NCBI RefSeq assembly: GCF_006345805.1
Contig: NC_043016.1
Location: 31,124,001-31,188,000 of the forward strand
Direction: 5' to 3'
Origin: Octopus sinensis
Lineage: Eukaryota
Length of the DNA stretch: 64,000 nt
The notes under the pieces were generated by a model. That model searched no databases. It was not told the origin of the DNA and saw only the letters and a list, made by a program, of their open reading frames with translations. Shown here piece by piece: positions 24,460 to 36,084 of this stretch; position 1 is the stretch's first letter, and every line of letters begins with the position of its first letter. The position numbers and the translations under genes are program-made.

Positions 24460-24996
24460 TTATAATAAACATGTGTCAGTCCCGTAAGGGAATTACACCA
24501 CCGCCATTTAGCCATAGGAAACATCAACATCTCCTGTCGGCTTTGACACATTTTCTGTGTCCTTATATTTGCAAAGGGGAGGCAATCACCCCCGCAAGCC
24601 GGGACAAGGCACCTGAAGGCATATGTTTCTGAGTGTATTGCTCATCGTCAGTTCAGTGTAGCCTGCCTCGCTTGCTGAGATGACTGCAACCTCTCTGCAA
24701 ATATATTATATTATCAGTAAAATTTATTTACTGATCACTGTAATTAGAAATATTGAATTTCTAAATGTCTCAGAGAGACATAAGCGGTGGTCAAATGATA
24801 TAGTGGTCGTATACTGTCGAAAATGTGTCAAAGCCGACAGGAGACATCGATGTTTCCTAGGGCTAAATGGCGGTGGTGTAATTCCCTTACGGGACTGTCA
24901 CATTGAGTTGACAGTATACGACCACTATATCGCTTCACCACTGCTTTTGTCTCTCTGAGACATTTAGAAATTCAATATTTCTAATTATAATAAACA
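24460..24996. repeat. Interleaved double inverted repeat (A..B A' B') bounded by a 12-bp direct repeat
   Basis: A 24471-24555 pairs with A' 24819-24903; B 24741-24818 pairs with B' 24910-24987; TTATAATAAACA at 24460-24471 and 24985-24996. Confidence 0.75.
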
Positions 24997-25354
24997 CTTC
25001 TATAGAAATTAACCTTATTTCATAATAACTGAAAAAATATTATATTCAGCAACATATACAACCACTGTGGATCTCATTGGGTAATTAAAAAATAGAGATT
25101 ACAGAAAAACAACCAAATATCTATTTATTCATTATAATAATCTCTTATATAAGAATTAACTTTATTATTATAATTATTGAAAAATTATTTTAATTAATAA
25201 TAATATATACAATTATTTATGAATACACTAGATAACTTAAATATTAATAATAACGGATGATCCTCTGAATGGATAGAGAATTAGAGACATTATTTGAAGC
25301 TTTTGATGAAAAAGAGGATGTAACATCACATAATGTGGAGGGCAACTGTTGGTT

Positions 25355-26745
25355 CCCACGGGACAACATATTGAGGGCTACTGACCAAATCTGTGGTTGA
25401 TGCCAACTCCCCTCTCGACCTAAGGTGAGATGGTGATGGAACAATGTAGTTGACAGGGACATTAGGGAAAAGAAACAGGCATGGAAGGACTGAAAGTGTG
25501 GTGGTAGCTGAGAACTGTATCAGATTACCAGAAGGGAAGCTAAGAGATAGGTTTTCTCAGACAAAGAGGAAGCAGATAAGAAGAAATTTGCCAATGTTCT
25601 GTTACGTGAGGACCAGAGACTTGAAGAGTTTTGAATTGCAAGACAGTGAGTGAAAAAGAATCGTGGTGTCATAGGAGAGAGATGTGTCTACATGGATGAT
25701 GGCTCACTTGCATTTAATGATGCTGCAAAGAGAGAGGCTTGGAGACACCACTATGAAAGTTGCTAAACAAAGAGAATGAATGGGAGAAAGAGAGTCTGCC
25801 AAATGTCGACCCAACAGAGGGACCAGCTATCCGAAATGACAGTACCTTGGTAGATAAATCAATTAAGAGTATGAAGATAGGGAAAGTCCTCAGCACACCA
25901 GGAATCACTGCTGAGATGCTTAAACTATCTGGCAGTGTAGGCTATAGTCTAGTCATCCATATAGTTAACGAGGTGATACACGAAGGAGTCATACTCAATG
26001 ACTGGTGTAGCAGCACTATAGTCAACTGCTACAAAAGTAAAGTGATGCCTTAGATGGAAATAATTACAGAGGTACCAAATTGTTGGATAAAGTGATGAAA
26101 GTCACAGAAAGGGTCATAGGCCAACTAATTAGGGAGAGAATATAGATGATTCAGTTTGGGTTTGTGCTAGGAAGAAGCATCACTGATGCTATGTTTATGG
26201 TAAGACAGCTGCAGGAAAAATATCTAACCAAAGATAAACCTCTGTACTTGGCTTTTGTTGACATGGAGAAAGCCTTTGACAGGGTCCCCTGATCCTATTT
26301 CTGGTGGTCAATCCAGAAACTAGGGATAGTTTGTGAGAACTGTACAAGCCATGTACAGGGATGCTGTCAGTAAGGTGAGAGGGTTGACAATGAGTATAGT
26401 GAAGAATTACGGGTAGAAATAGGGGTCTACCAAGGGCCAGTCCTCAACCCCCTCTTGTTCATCATAGTACTCCAGGTAAAAGAGGAATTTAAGACAGGAT
26501 GCCCCTGGAAGCTCTTCTGTGCTGAAAACCTTGCTCTTATAGTTAAGTCACTACCAGAATTAGAGAAGAAGTTTCAGTTGTGGAAGCAAGGTCTAGAATC
26601 GAAGGATCTTAGAGTTAACCTAGCCAAAAACAAAGTCTCAGTAAGTAGGAAGGCAGCCAAATCACAAATCTCTTCAGGTAGATGACCCCGTTCAATCTGT
26701 AGAAAAGGGCGTAGGCAGGAACATTATAAGATGTACCTAGTGTAC
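25355..26745 (+). pseudogene. RTE LINE RT fragment
   Basis: NDWCSSTIVNCYK, QFGF, VRQLQEKYL.KDKPLYLAFVDMEKAFDRVP, QG.VLNPLLFIIVL with frameshifts; same family as 49838-52240. Confidence 0.85.
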
Positions 26746-27078
26746 ATCAATACAAAGTAAAAGACTAACTATATTATCAACATTTTGGTCAATTATAGAA
26801 TCTAAACCTTGTTCTGAATGATTATCAGTAACGTTAATTTCACTATACATATTATCACTTCTACAATTATTTATAGATTTAGAATTTAGATATTCTCTAA
26901 TTCTCTGTTTATTTCGAGCCTCGATAATCTCGACTAAATTTCTAGTGGCTGAGTATGAAAACTTAACACTATGTCTATTAAATAATTTCCCATATTTACT
27001 TGAAAGTGGGAAATACCCATCTAGTGCAGTAAAGAATTTATGAGGGATATTAGAAGTTATTGAATATGAAAATTATAC

Positions 27079-27197
27079 CATAAACATATGTTGATCTATT
27101 CTTCTTATTTCTATATTTATAGAACTTGAGCATAGTTTCTCTCTTGATATCAACCCCAAATTCTTGGCATTGCCTTCACTTATACTGCGGAGAGATC
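27079..27197 (-). CDS. Weak candidate exon (SLRSISEGNAKNLGLISREKLC...HMFM)
   Basis: On -: CTTACAATGTATTTTCAG acceptor, ATG|GTATAA donor, 119 bp open (phase 1 to 0). No homology recognised. Confidence 0.25.
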
Positions 27198-27835
27198 CTG
27201 AAAATACATTGTAAGATATAAAATGTCGTCAAATAGATGCAATAATGCATTACAATACAAATAAAGTGAATAATAAATGCTATAGTTTTTTTGAATTGCA
27301 TAACACATCACAAATTTGAAACATTGTGGGTCCTAAGAAAAATAGCATTAATTTTTTAAAAAAAGTTGCAGTATAACAAGATATGGACATTGAAAGATTA
27401 ATAACAGTTTATCTGTAGTTATGAATTTAGAATTTGTGCGGGATTTAGAATTTGCAGTGTAACCACATCTTAATAATTCACCATATATTTAAAAGATGAC
27501 AAAACGTCACCAGGGCCTACAACCACCCTTACCTTCACCACCTTCATTTCGTACTTCATTATTACGTAAAAGTTATTTTAGTTTCAACCATTAACAAGAG
27601 GATAACAAAATCGAGCCTGTGATAAACTTACTAAAAGATACTATAATTCTGACAAGCAGATAGTATTGTATCTATCCTCCTCAGGTGAGGAAGTAACACT
27701 ATCTTAGATGAATATTAATGTCATTCAAATTCTCTCATATATGGTTTGCTAATGAATAATTATAAGGGCTGCCCCGGGTAGCACACTCTAGCTACGCTAG
27801 TGCATATAATACAATGACCACCACGACAAATTAAA

Positions 27836-28253
27836 CACAGTGATCCACCAGAAGCATTTGGCACTTGCTAATCATAAGGACGTTGTCTTTCAGCAGAAGT
27901 TATTGGGGCTTGACTAAGAAGTTTTGTCACACTCCATTATCCACTTGACCTCGCGCCTTCAGATTAACCATCTGTTTCGGTCTCTTCAAAATTCATAGAA
28001 TGGACGAACCTTCAACAATGAGAAGGGTGTAAAAATTCAGCTGGAAAAGTTTTTTTTTTTTTTTTTTTTTGCCAGTAAAGACAGGACATTCTTTGAGCAG
28101 GGAATACTAGATATACTCATAAGATGGCAGAAGATATTCAAACGAAATGGTAATCATATTATTGACTGAATAAATTGCTTTGTGTTTAAAACTTCTGTCT
28201 TATTTTCGCTTAAATAAACAGAAAAACATAGAGATCTTTTGGCCAACACAATA
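27836..28253 (+). pseudogene. Mariner 3' fragment with right TIR remnant
   Basis: Decayed DLAPSD.HLFRSLQN...RWQKI motifs; ends CTTTTGGCCAACACAATA. Confidence 0.7.
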
Positions 28254-28379
28254 TTTATATAACATATAATGAAAAACAAATACATAAAAAGTTGTATATA
28301 AATGGAGGCCATTAAAAGTCCCGACAGTGGGAAGTTCTTAATAGTTGCAATGTATCTGTTGTCAGTCGTTATAACTATG

Positions 28380-28600
28380 ACTGTTTGTGGCTTTGGCATG
28401 ACTTGAGCTTTCTCCATAGTGGTCGGTTTTCGCTTGGGTTACCATTCATTATGATCAATTCCTTTCCACTTCACGTTCCTTTCTGCAATATCTTTGAATT
28501 TCAGTCTAGGTCTTCCATGTTTCTTTTTCCCTTGCATAGTTGGGAGTAGAGGATTTTGTTTGAGGAGTCTGTTGTTGTCTTTCTGCACACAGGGCCACAT
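28380..28600 (-). pseudogene. RTE-like ORF C-terminal remnant
   Basis: - strand GKKKHGRPRLKFKDIAERNVK resembles the GRP.L..KD motif at RTE ORF ends. Confidence 0.45.
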
Positions 28601-30113
28601 GGAACGACTTGAATTAATTTCGCTGTTGTTGAAATAGCTGGATGAGATAATTTATGAAGAACCAAGAAAAAAAAAAAGAAAGAAAATCTGTTCGTCTATG
28701 AATCTTAGGAACATTATGTTTGGAAAAACCAGCAGAACATCATACCGAATAGAAGATTCTGTAAAATGTAGTGGTAGTGGACAAAGGTCAAAGGAGGTGA
28801 CCCCAACGATTGAAGATGCAAAACTTTATCATCTTGTTCTTAATCCAACGCAATTTGCTGCAAGTTAGTGGAATCTGGAGTATATAAAACATTACTATAT
28901 ATGTGAAAGAAGATATCAGCTGGAGAGTTATATGCGTCCTTGATATTCCAAATATCAAGTGTATTGTGAAATGAAATCCAAATGTTGTAAATCTCTGGGA
29001 GAATATTTACCTGTTTGCGGCTATAGAGCAAGAGTTTACGGTTTGTGATCGGAGAAAACCATAAACTATCATCCCTCAAGAAAATGTCGGAAATGTTTCA
29101 AGAGCCAAAAGTTCTCTACTAAAGATACTATACTTTGATTCTGCTAGTTCGAGGAGTTGAAAAAAAAGGAAAGTGGTTGTCATGCATTAAGAACAAACTG
29201 TTGCAAAACTCCACCAATTCCTACAGCTGAGGCATCAACCATTAATAAGGGTGCATCTGAAATGAGTTGAGCCAAAAGTGTAACCCTTGATATATACCTA
29301 TATGTCGTTGTCTTTGTGCTTGTGTTTGTCCCCTATCACCACTTGGTGACCGGTGTTAGTGTGTTTACATTCCTGTAACTAAATGAATTAGCAAAAAGAG
29401 ATTGATAGAATAAGAACCAAGTTTTAAAAAAAGTTAAGCACTGTGGTCAACTCCTTCTTCAAGATGGTGCCCCAACATGGTCACAGCATATTATCTGAAA
29501 CAGATAATATATATATATATATATAATGAAACCAAAAAATGGAACAAGAACGTAACAGGTGACAACAAAACACCCAGACAATTAGACAATACAAAAAAGG
29601 ACAGGAAAAAACAAGGACGGGTCATTCGGAGCTTCCTATACTCAATCGAGTTCCAGATTGTCGTTGCAGTTTCGGTTGGTTACACTCGAAACTGTTCTAG
29701 AGGACAACAAACGCTAAGGCAAGACTAACATCTCAAGTCATATACATTATTATTATTAAAAAATTTAGGGCCTTGCAGCTGTTTCAGGGTTATCTCAAAA
29801 TATGGGATATCCCGTCATTGGAGATAAACAGGGAAAATGTGAAGGGTATAGATTAAATAAAGAACTGGAGAAATAAAGAAATGAAGAAGAAAAGAAACAT
29901 AAAAGTTCACAGTTCAACTTTCCGATAGTGTAGATGTTAGTCCATAAGTCTTTAGGTACAATCCTATGTAAATCCATGTATGGTTTAGAGTCCTCATAGT
30001 GTAAATATCCAGAGAGAAGCGCGGTCATATCAATGGTCAGTAAGAGAATGATAGCAGAAGTGGCAATAGCAAACCACAAGCACATATACCGTTGCGGAAG
30101 TCAATGCTGATAA

Positions 30114-30411
30114 CTCTGATGTATGAATATGTTTGGTGCTGTAAGCTTCTTGATGCTTATCATCATCAAATTGTCCTTAAAATTTTGACACTCTCTCCAG
30201 TTCGCTATTACACCTTAAATTTGGGATAATCCCTGCACACGACGGGAAAAAATTCACAGAAACTTTTGAAGGGCCTCACTGATGGAATGGATTCTACTTC
30301 CTGCATTTATGGTGCAAAAGTGAACTGGAGAGAGTGTCGAAATTTCAAGGACAATTTGATAATGATAAGCATCAAGAAGCTTACAACACCAAAGATATTC
30401 ATACATCAGAG
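30114..30411. repeat. MITE-like foldback with ~90-bp arms
   Basis: 30114-30203 is the near-perfect reverse complement of 30322-30411. Confidence 0.75.
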
Positions 30412-32335
30412 CAGTGTTTCCCAAACTTTTTGCGCCAAATTGCAATATTGCCCACCTATCGGCCAAAAAATGCTCCATCGCCCACCTGTATAAAAAACCC
30501 TGATACAAAATCCCCTAGCCATCCCCCAACCCCTGTATTATTTGATACACACACTATATTGTAGACTCATTGCCCGGTTAGAGCTGTTTATACTAAATAT
30601 GCGGTTGTTTTCAAATCCGTTATTGTGGGTTTATTTTTGCCATTGGTATCAATAAAATTCTAACGTTAACTCTATATTATGCAGACAGATTAACTTCTGT
30701 AAACCTGCGCTTTCTTTTACTCTCTAAATGAACCATTGATTAGAACAACCGATGCAAAAATAATTAATGATCTATCATAAAGGAAAAGAATAGAACTTTT
30801 TAACGAGAACCATATATCTGGCGTGATGCAGCTAGTGCAGACACATTCGGTTTCAAATTTGTCAACTTTAGCTGCATGTCTCCTCGTTGTGTCACATCCA
30901 GTATGATTCTTTTATTGGAATGTAAAGCTCCAACATGGCTAAAACCAAATTCAACCAGGTATGAGGTAGGGAAGGCAAGCAAAAGTAATTTCAGATGTTT
31001 CAATAAACTGGGGTAGGAATTCAATATACTCTGATTGTACCACAAACCTTCTTTGCCATTACAGTGATATCGCATTATGGCGTCATTGTCATTTTGTAAT
31101 TCTTTCAATTCCTCCTGAACATCATCCACACAATCGACTGCATCGACCTCAAACGGATTGCTTTGCCAATTTGGAATATTCAGTGCAATACCATTTTGAA
31201 ATCGCTCCACCATGTTATTGCGCAATGATTGTAAATAGCTGCGATGTGTAGTTAAATCCTCATCAACCAATTCATCTTTCAAAGAATCAAGTTGTGGAAA
31301 TTGAGGGAATTGACGTTTTGTAATGTTAGTCTTATACAATGCCAATTTCAAAATGAAAGTAGTGATAAATGATTTACAATCAACAGGAGTTTTTCCGTTT
31401 CCTTGTAATAACTTATTCAAATCATTTAATTTCGTGAATATATCACAAAGAAAAAAAGAGATATCGCAGCTTGCAGTCATCAACGAAGCGGATAGTGGAG
31501 TATCTTCATAGAAAGATATGGTTATTTGAAACAGTTCAACAAAGCGTAAAACACAGTTTCCTTTTGACAGCCACCGCACTTTGGTATGGTATAAGAGTTT
31601 AGTATGGTCCTCATCATTTCTCAGAGTTGATGGAAAATTCAACCAGACAAGAGACTGGACTTCAATTTGTTCATAGTCTTGATAACTAACTGTAGCGTAT
31701 CATTCAACCTACCGTTATTATTTTTTTCCCCCTCTAAATGCTGCCAGTGTGCCAAGCAATGAACAATTAGTATCTGGTGGGAAATTTCACGCTTTAGGAG
31801 AGATGAAAATCCTCTTTATCTTCCTATCATCGAAGGGGCTCCATCAGACGCACAGACAAGAATATTACTGAGTGGGATATTATGTTCAAAACGGAAAGAC
31901 TTAAGAGTGTGAAAAATAGTTGCACCTCTTGAATCAAGTGGCAATTTTTCTGTGAACAGTATTTCCCCACAAGGTTGAAAGTAATCGCTGAAATACCGAA
32001 CATATACCATCCTCAAACATTGATTGTCCACCAAACATTGACTCAGTCACTTGTATAGAAAATTCAGAATGCTGGAGAATATTAATGAGCTGATGTTTGA
32101 CATCGTTGGCCATTTTATCAATGCATCAAGAAATTGTGTTATTACTAAGCAGGATCTTCTTCATAGTGTTATCAGGTTTTTTGTGTGTAATGGTTGACAA
32201 AGCCTCTTCGATAACTGGATGGAGTAATGCTTCTCCAATTGTTTGAAACTTCCCAGACTTAGCAACAAGCAATGCAATGTTGTACGATGCAATCAATCCG
32301 TTATTCTCCTGTTTACTAGTTCCCTGGAGTAGCAT
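30412..32335 (-). pseudogene. hAT (Charlie/Buster-type) transposon, decayed, 5' end missing
   Basis: TIR-like CAGTGTTTCCCAAAC at 30412; ORF pieces with ASYNIALLVAKSGK..TIGEAL, SNNTI, ASDGAPSMIG, LLYHTKVRWLSKG, LLLAFPTSYLVEFGFS. Confidence 0.85.
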
Positions 32336-32642
32336 GTTGAGAGTAGCGTTAAGAGTAGTGTGTAAAGGGTAGCGCTCTTAAATATAGAATTGGAATAATA
32401 ACATATATGGCCTGAGATGTCTATCTTGCCTTAGCGTTTGTTGTCCTCTTTAACAAACATATATCCACTATATTGGAAATCTGCAATGTTCCATAATTCC
32501 CGTCTCCAATATGAGCTTGGAGTCCTGGTAATCCGATACAGCTCTTACCCAGTGTACCTAGTCGTTTAGATCACCTATGAAATAAACCTCCATAGTTTGT
32601 GTGTGTGTATACACACATACATACATACATACATACACACAC

Positions 32643-32681
<39 letters not shown>

Positions 32682-33392
32682 TAGATGATTGGTATGGAAG
32701 ATGGAGCGTAACTAGAAGCTTTATTTAGTATGCTCACCACTTATGACTACCAGCATTATCCGTATTACTGCGCTTTTGTCGCTGATCTACATCGGGAATT
32801 CCTTTTGCACGTTATGTATATTTTAGATAATTGATATCGAAGACGGAGTGTAACTAGAAGCTTTGTTTAGCACAACAACCATTTCAGCTGCATTTTACCC
32901 ACCTCCCTTGTGGGTGGGGAACAATGTAATGACATCAGAAGCCTCGCACAATGCAGAAAGCCACATCAGGTGACGAAATATGCTTCAAAGATTATAAGAT
33001 TTACATTTTGCTCCAAATTTGATGTTGGTGGTATTATGGTGAGTTGCTTGTAGCTCACTCACTGGTGAAGTGAGGATACTGCAGGTCAAGAAGTGGTTGA
33101 TAAAAAAGTAAGAAATACAAAGAATCTAATGTAAAATCGGGGTGGTGGTGTTTATATTTGTGGTCAGAAAGTGATTGATGAAAAATAATAAATACAAAGA
33201 ATCTAATGTAAAAGGGTGGAGTTATGCCATTGGATTGAAAGGTCCTAAAGCATGTGGAGACCTTTGATAGCTGGCAGTCAAGTATGATGGCATGGTCAAG
33301 ATTTTGGTTAGGGTGTGATTTCCAAAATACACACAGACGCACATATATATCCATATTTGCATGTATATATATATATATATACACACATACAT

Positions 33393-33462
<70 letters not shown>

Positions 33463-33638
33463 AGGGCTTAGTAAAATAAATTACTTTGCCACATACTGAA
33501 CTCATTAGAAATAGCAGCTAAAGAAATTTCTTCAGCTATTTCTAATACTTAAAGAAGATCTCTCTCAGATAGTGTTTGTCTAAACTAACTCACAAAAGTA
33601 TGGGGGAAAACATTAAAAAATCAAGTGCAAAGGTTATT

Positions 33639-33690
33639 TGAGAACGTACGTTTCTAGATTAGTCAATTCGACATTTCTTTCTTCAGCTCA
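33639..33690 (-). ncRNA. Type I hammerhead-ribozyme-like motif (array unit F1)
   Basis: Reverse complement of the motif at 34639-34690. Confidence 0.5.
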
Positions 33691-34184
33691 GAATTCCTTG
33701 AATCGGATTTGGGAACACTGAAAGTCGGGAGCATACCCTTTCGGCTTCTAATCACCTCTAGAATTCTGCTCGAACTAAAAGTGCTATCAAATTCGAATAT
33801 GCAAGCGAAGAATTTCTGCTCTCCCCTTTCCACCAGCGTGGGTTAAAATTGACAAACACCATGTATTAACGCAGAATTTAGCAGAGAGAGATGAATTATA
33901 ATTTCAACAATTGAGGGTAAAATAATTAATTATTAATCAATTTCACCAAGTATTCAGTATGTAAAGGGACCATTATAGGCGAATTCAAAATATTACATTA
34001 TATATAAGGGCTTAGTAAAATAAATTACTTTGCCACATACTGAACTCATTAGAAATAGCAGCTAAAGAAATTTCTTCAGCTATTTCTAATACTTAAAGAA
34101 GATCTCTCTCAGATAGTGTTTGCCTAAACTAACTCACAAAAGTATGGGGGAAAAAACATTAAAAAATCAAGTGCAAAGGTTATT

Positions 34185-34236
34185 TGAGAACGTACGTTTC
34201 TAGATTAGTCAATTCGACATTTCTTTCTTCAGCTCA
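34185..34236 (-). ncRNA. Type I hammerhead-ribozyme-like motif (array unit F2)
   Basis: Reverse complement of the motif at 34639-34690. Confidence 0.5.
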
Positions 34237-34638
34237 GAATTCCTTGAATCGGATTTGGGAACACTGAAAGTCGGGAGCATACCCTTTCGGCTTCTAATCA
34301 CCTCTAGAATTCTGCTCGAACTAAAAGTGCTATCAAATTCGAATATGCAAGCGAAGAATTTCTGCTCTCCCCTTTCCACCAGCGTGGGTTAAAATTGACA
34401 AAATTATTTTACCCTCAATTGTTGAAATTATAATTCATCTCTCTCTGCTAAATTCTGCGTTAATACATGGTGTTTGTCAATTTTAACCCACGCTGGTGGA
34501 AAGGGGAGAGCAGAAATTCTTCGCTTGCATATTCGAATTTGATAGCACTTTTAGTTCGAGCAGAATTCTAGAAGTGATTAGAAGCCGAAAGGGTATGCTC
34601 CCGACTTTCAGTGTTCCCAAATCCGATTCAAGGAATTC

Positions 34639-34690
34639 TGAGCTGAAGAAAGAAATGTCGAATTGACTAATCTAGAAACGTACGTTCTCA
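34639..34690 (+). ncRNA. Type I hammerhead-ribozyme-like motif (array unit R1)
   Basis: UGAG-CUGAAGA-a-AGA(aau)GUC-gaauu-GAC(uaa)UCU-a-GAAA-cguacg-UU-CUCA: core boxes in order, 4-bp stem I, interrupted stem II, palindromic stem III (AACGTACGTT). Confidence 0.55.
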
Positions 34691-35182
34691 AATAACCTTT
34701 GCACTTGATTTTTTAATGTTTTTCCCCCATACTTTTGTGGTTAGTTTAGGCAAACACTATCTGAGAGAGATCTTCTTTAAGTATTAGAAATAGCTGAAGA
34801 AATTTCTTTAGCTGCTATTTCTAATGAGTTCAGTATGTGGCAAAGTATTTATTTTACTAAGCCCTTATATATAATGTAATATTTTGAATTCGCCTATAAT
34901 GGTCCCTTTACATACTGAATACTTGGTGAAATTGATTAATAATTAATTATTTTACCCTCAATTGTTGAAATTATAATTCATCTCTCTCTCTGCTAAATTC
35001 TGCATTAATACATGGTGTTTGTCAATTTTAACCCACGCTGGTAGAAAGGGGAGAGCAGAAATTCTTCGCTTGCATATTCGAATTGATAGCACTTTTAGTT
35101 CGAGCAGAATTCTAGAGGTGATTAGAAGCCGAAAGGGTATGCTCCCGACTTTCAGTGTTCCCAAATCCGATTCAAGGAATTC

Positions 35183-35234
35183 TGAGCTGAAGAAAGAAAT
35201 GTCGAATTGACTAATCTAGAAACGTACGTTCTCA
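35183..35234 (+). ncRNA. Type I hammerhead-ribozyme-like motif (array unit R2)
   Basis: Identical to 34639-34690. Confidence 0.5.
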
Positions 35235-35738
35235 AATAACCTTTGCACTTGATTTTTTAATGTTTTTTAATGTTTTTTCCCCCATACTTTTGTGAGTTAG
35301 TTTAGGCAAACACTATCTGAGAGAGATCTTCTTTAAGTATTAGAAATAGCTGAAGAAATTTCTTTAGCTGCTATTTCTAATGAGTTCAGTATGTGGCAAA
35401 GTAATTTATTTTACTAAGCCCTTATATATAATGTAATATTTTGAATTCGCCTATAATGGTCCCTTTACATACTGAATACTTGGTGAAATTGATTAATAAT
35501 TAATTATTTTACCCTCAATTGTTGAAATTATAATTCATCTCTCTCTGCTAAATTCTGCGTTAATACATGGTGTTTATCAATTTTAACCCACGCTGGTGGA
35601 AAGGGGAGAGCAGAAATTCTTTGCTTGCATATTCGAATTTGATAGCACTTTTAGTTCGAGCAGAATTCTAGAGGTGATTAGAAGCCGAAAGGGTATGCTC
35701 CCGACTTTCAGTGTTCCCAAATCCGATTCAAGGAATTC

Positions 35739-35790
35739 TGAGCTGAAGAAAGAAATGTCGAATTGACTAATCTAGAAACGTACGTTCTCA
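35739..35790 (+). ncRNA. Type I hammerhead-ribozyme-like motif (array unit R3)
   Basis: Identical to 34639-34690. Confidence 0.5.
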
Positions 35791-36084
35791 AATAACCTTT
35801 GCACTTGATTTTTTAATGTTTTCCCCCATACTTTTGTGAGTTAGTTTAGGCACACACTATCTGAGAGAGATCTTCTTTAAGTATTAGAAATAGCTGAAGA
35901 AATTTCTTTAGCTGCTATTTCTAATGAGTTCAGTATGTGGCAAAGTAATTTATTTTACTAAGCCCTTATATATAATGTAATATTTTGAATTCGCCTATAA
36001 TGGTCCCTTTACATACTGAATACTTGGTGAAATTGATTAATAATTAATTATTTTACCCTCAATTGTTGAAATTATATATATATA

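Larger units (their letters stand above)
33454..36075. repeat. 544-bp tandem array with a large internal inversion (1.7 units in one orientation, 3 units in the other), flanked by (TA)n
   Basis: Unit marker TAAGGG at 33461 and 34005; inverted unit marker AATTATTTTACCC at 34401, 34945, 35502 and 36046; copies differ by only a few substitutions and indels. Confidence 0.9.

Noticed and set aside
24460-24996. DIRS/Ngaro tyrosine-recombinase element termini
   Set aside because: An internal complementary region should match the circle junction (order A'B), but the observed order is B A'; the repeats are inverted rather than split-direct; no recombinase or RT remnants.
27079-27197. Resemblance of the candidate exon to an EGFR/insulin-receptor L-domain (SLRSIS.G...LC)
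   Set aside because: Spacing does not match and the W-containing motif is missing; treated as coincidence.
28690-29260. Possible decayed transposase
   Set aside because: Slightly coding-like composition but no recognisable motif in any frame I read.
34795-34830. Second hammerhead per array unit (CTGAAGA in the AATAGCTGAAGAAATTTCTTTAGCTGCTATT hairpin)
   Set aside because: No downstream GAAA/UH boxes; it is only a local hairpin.
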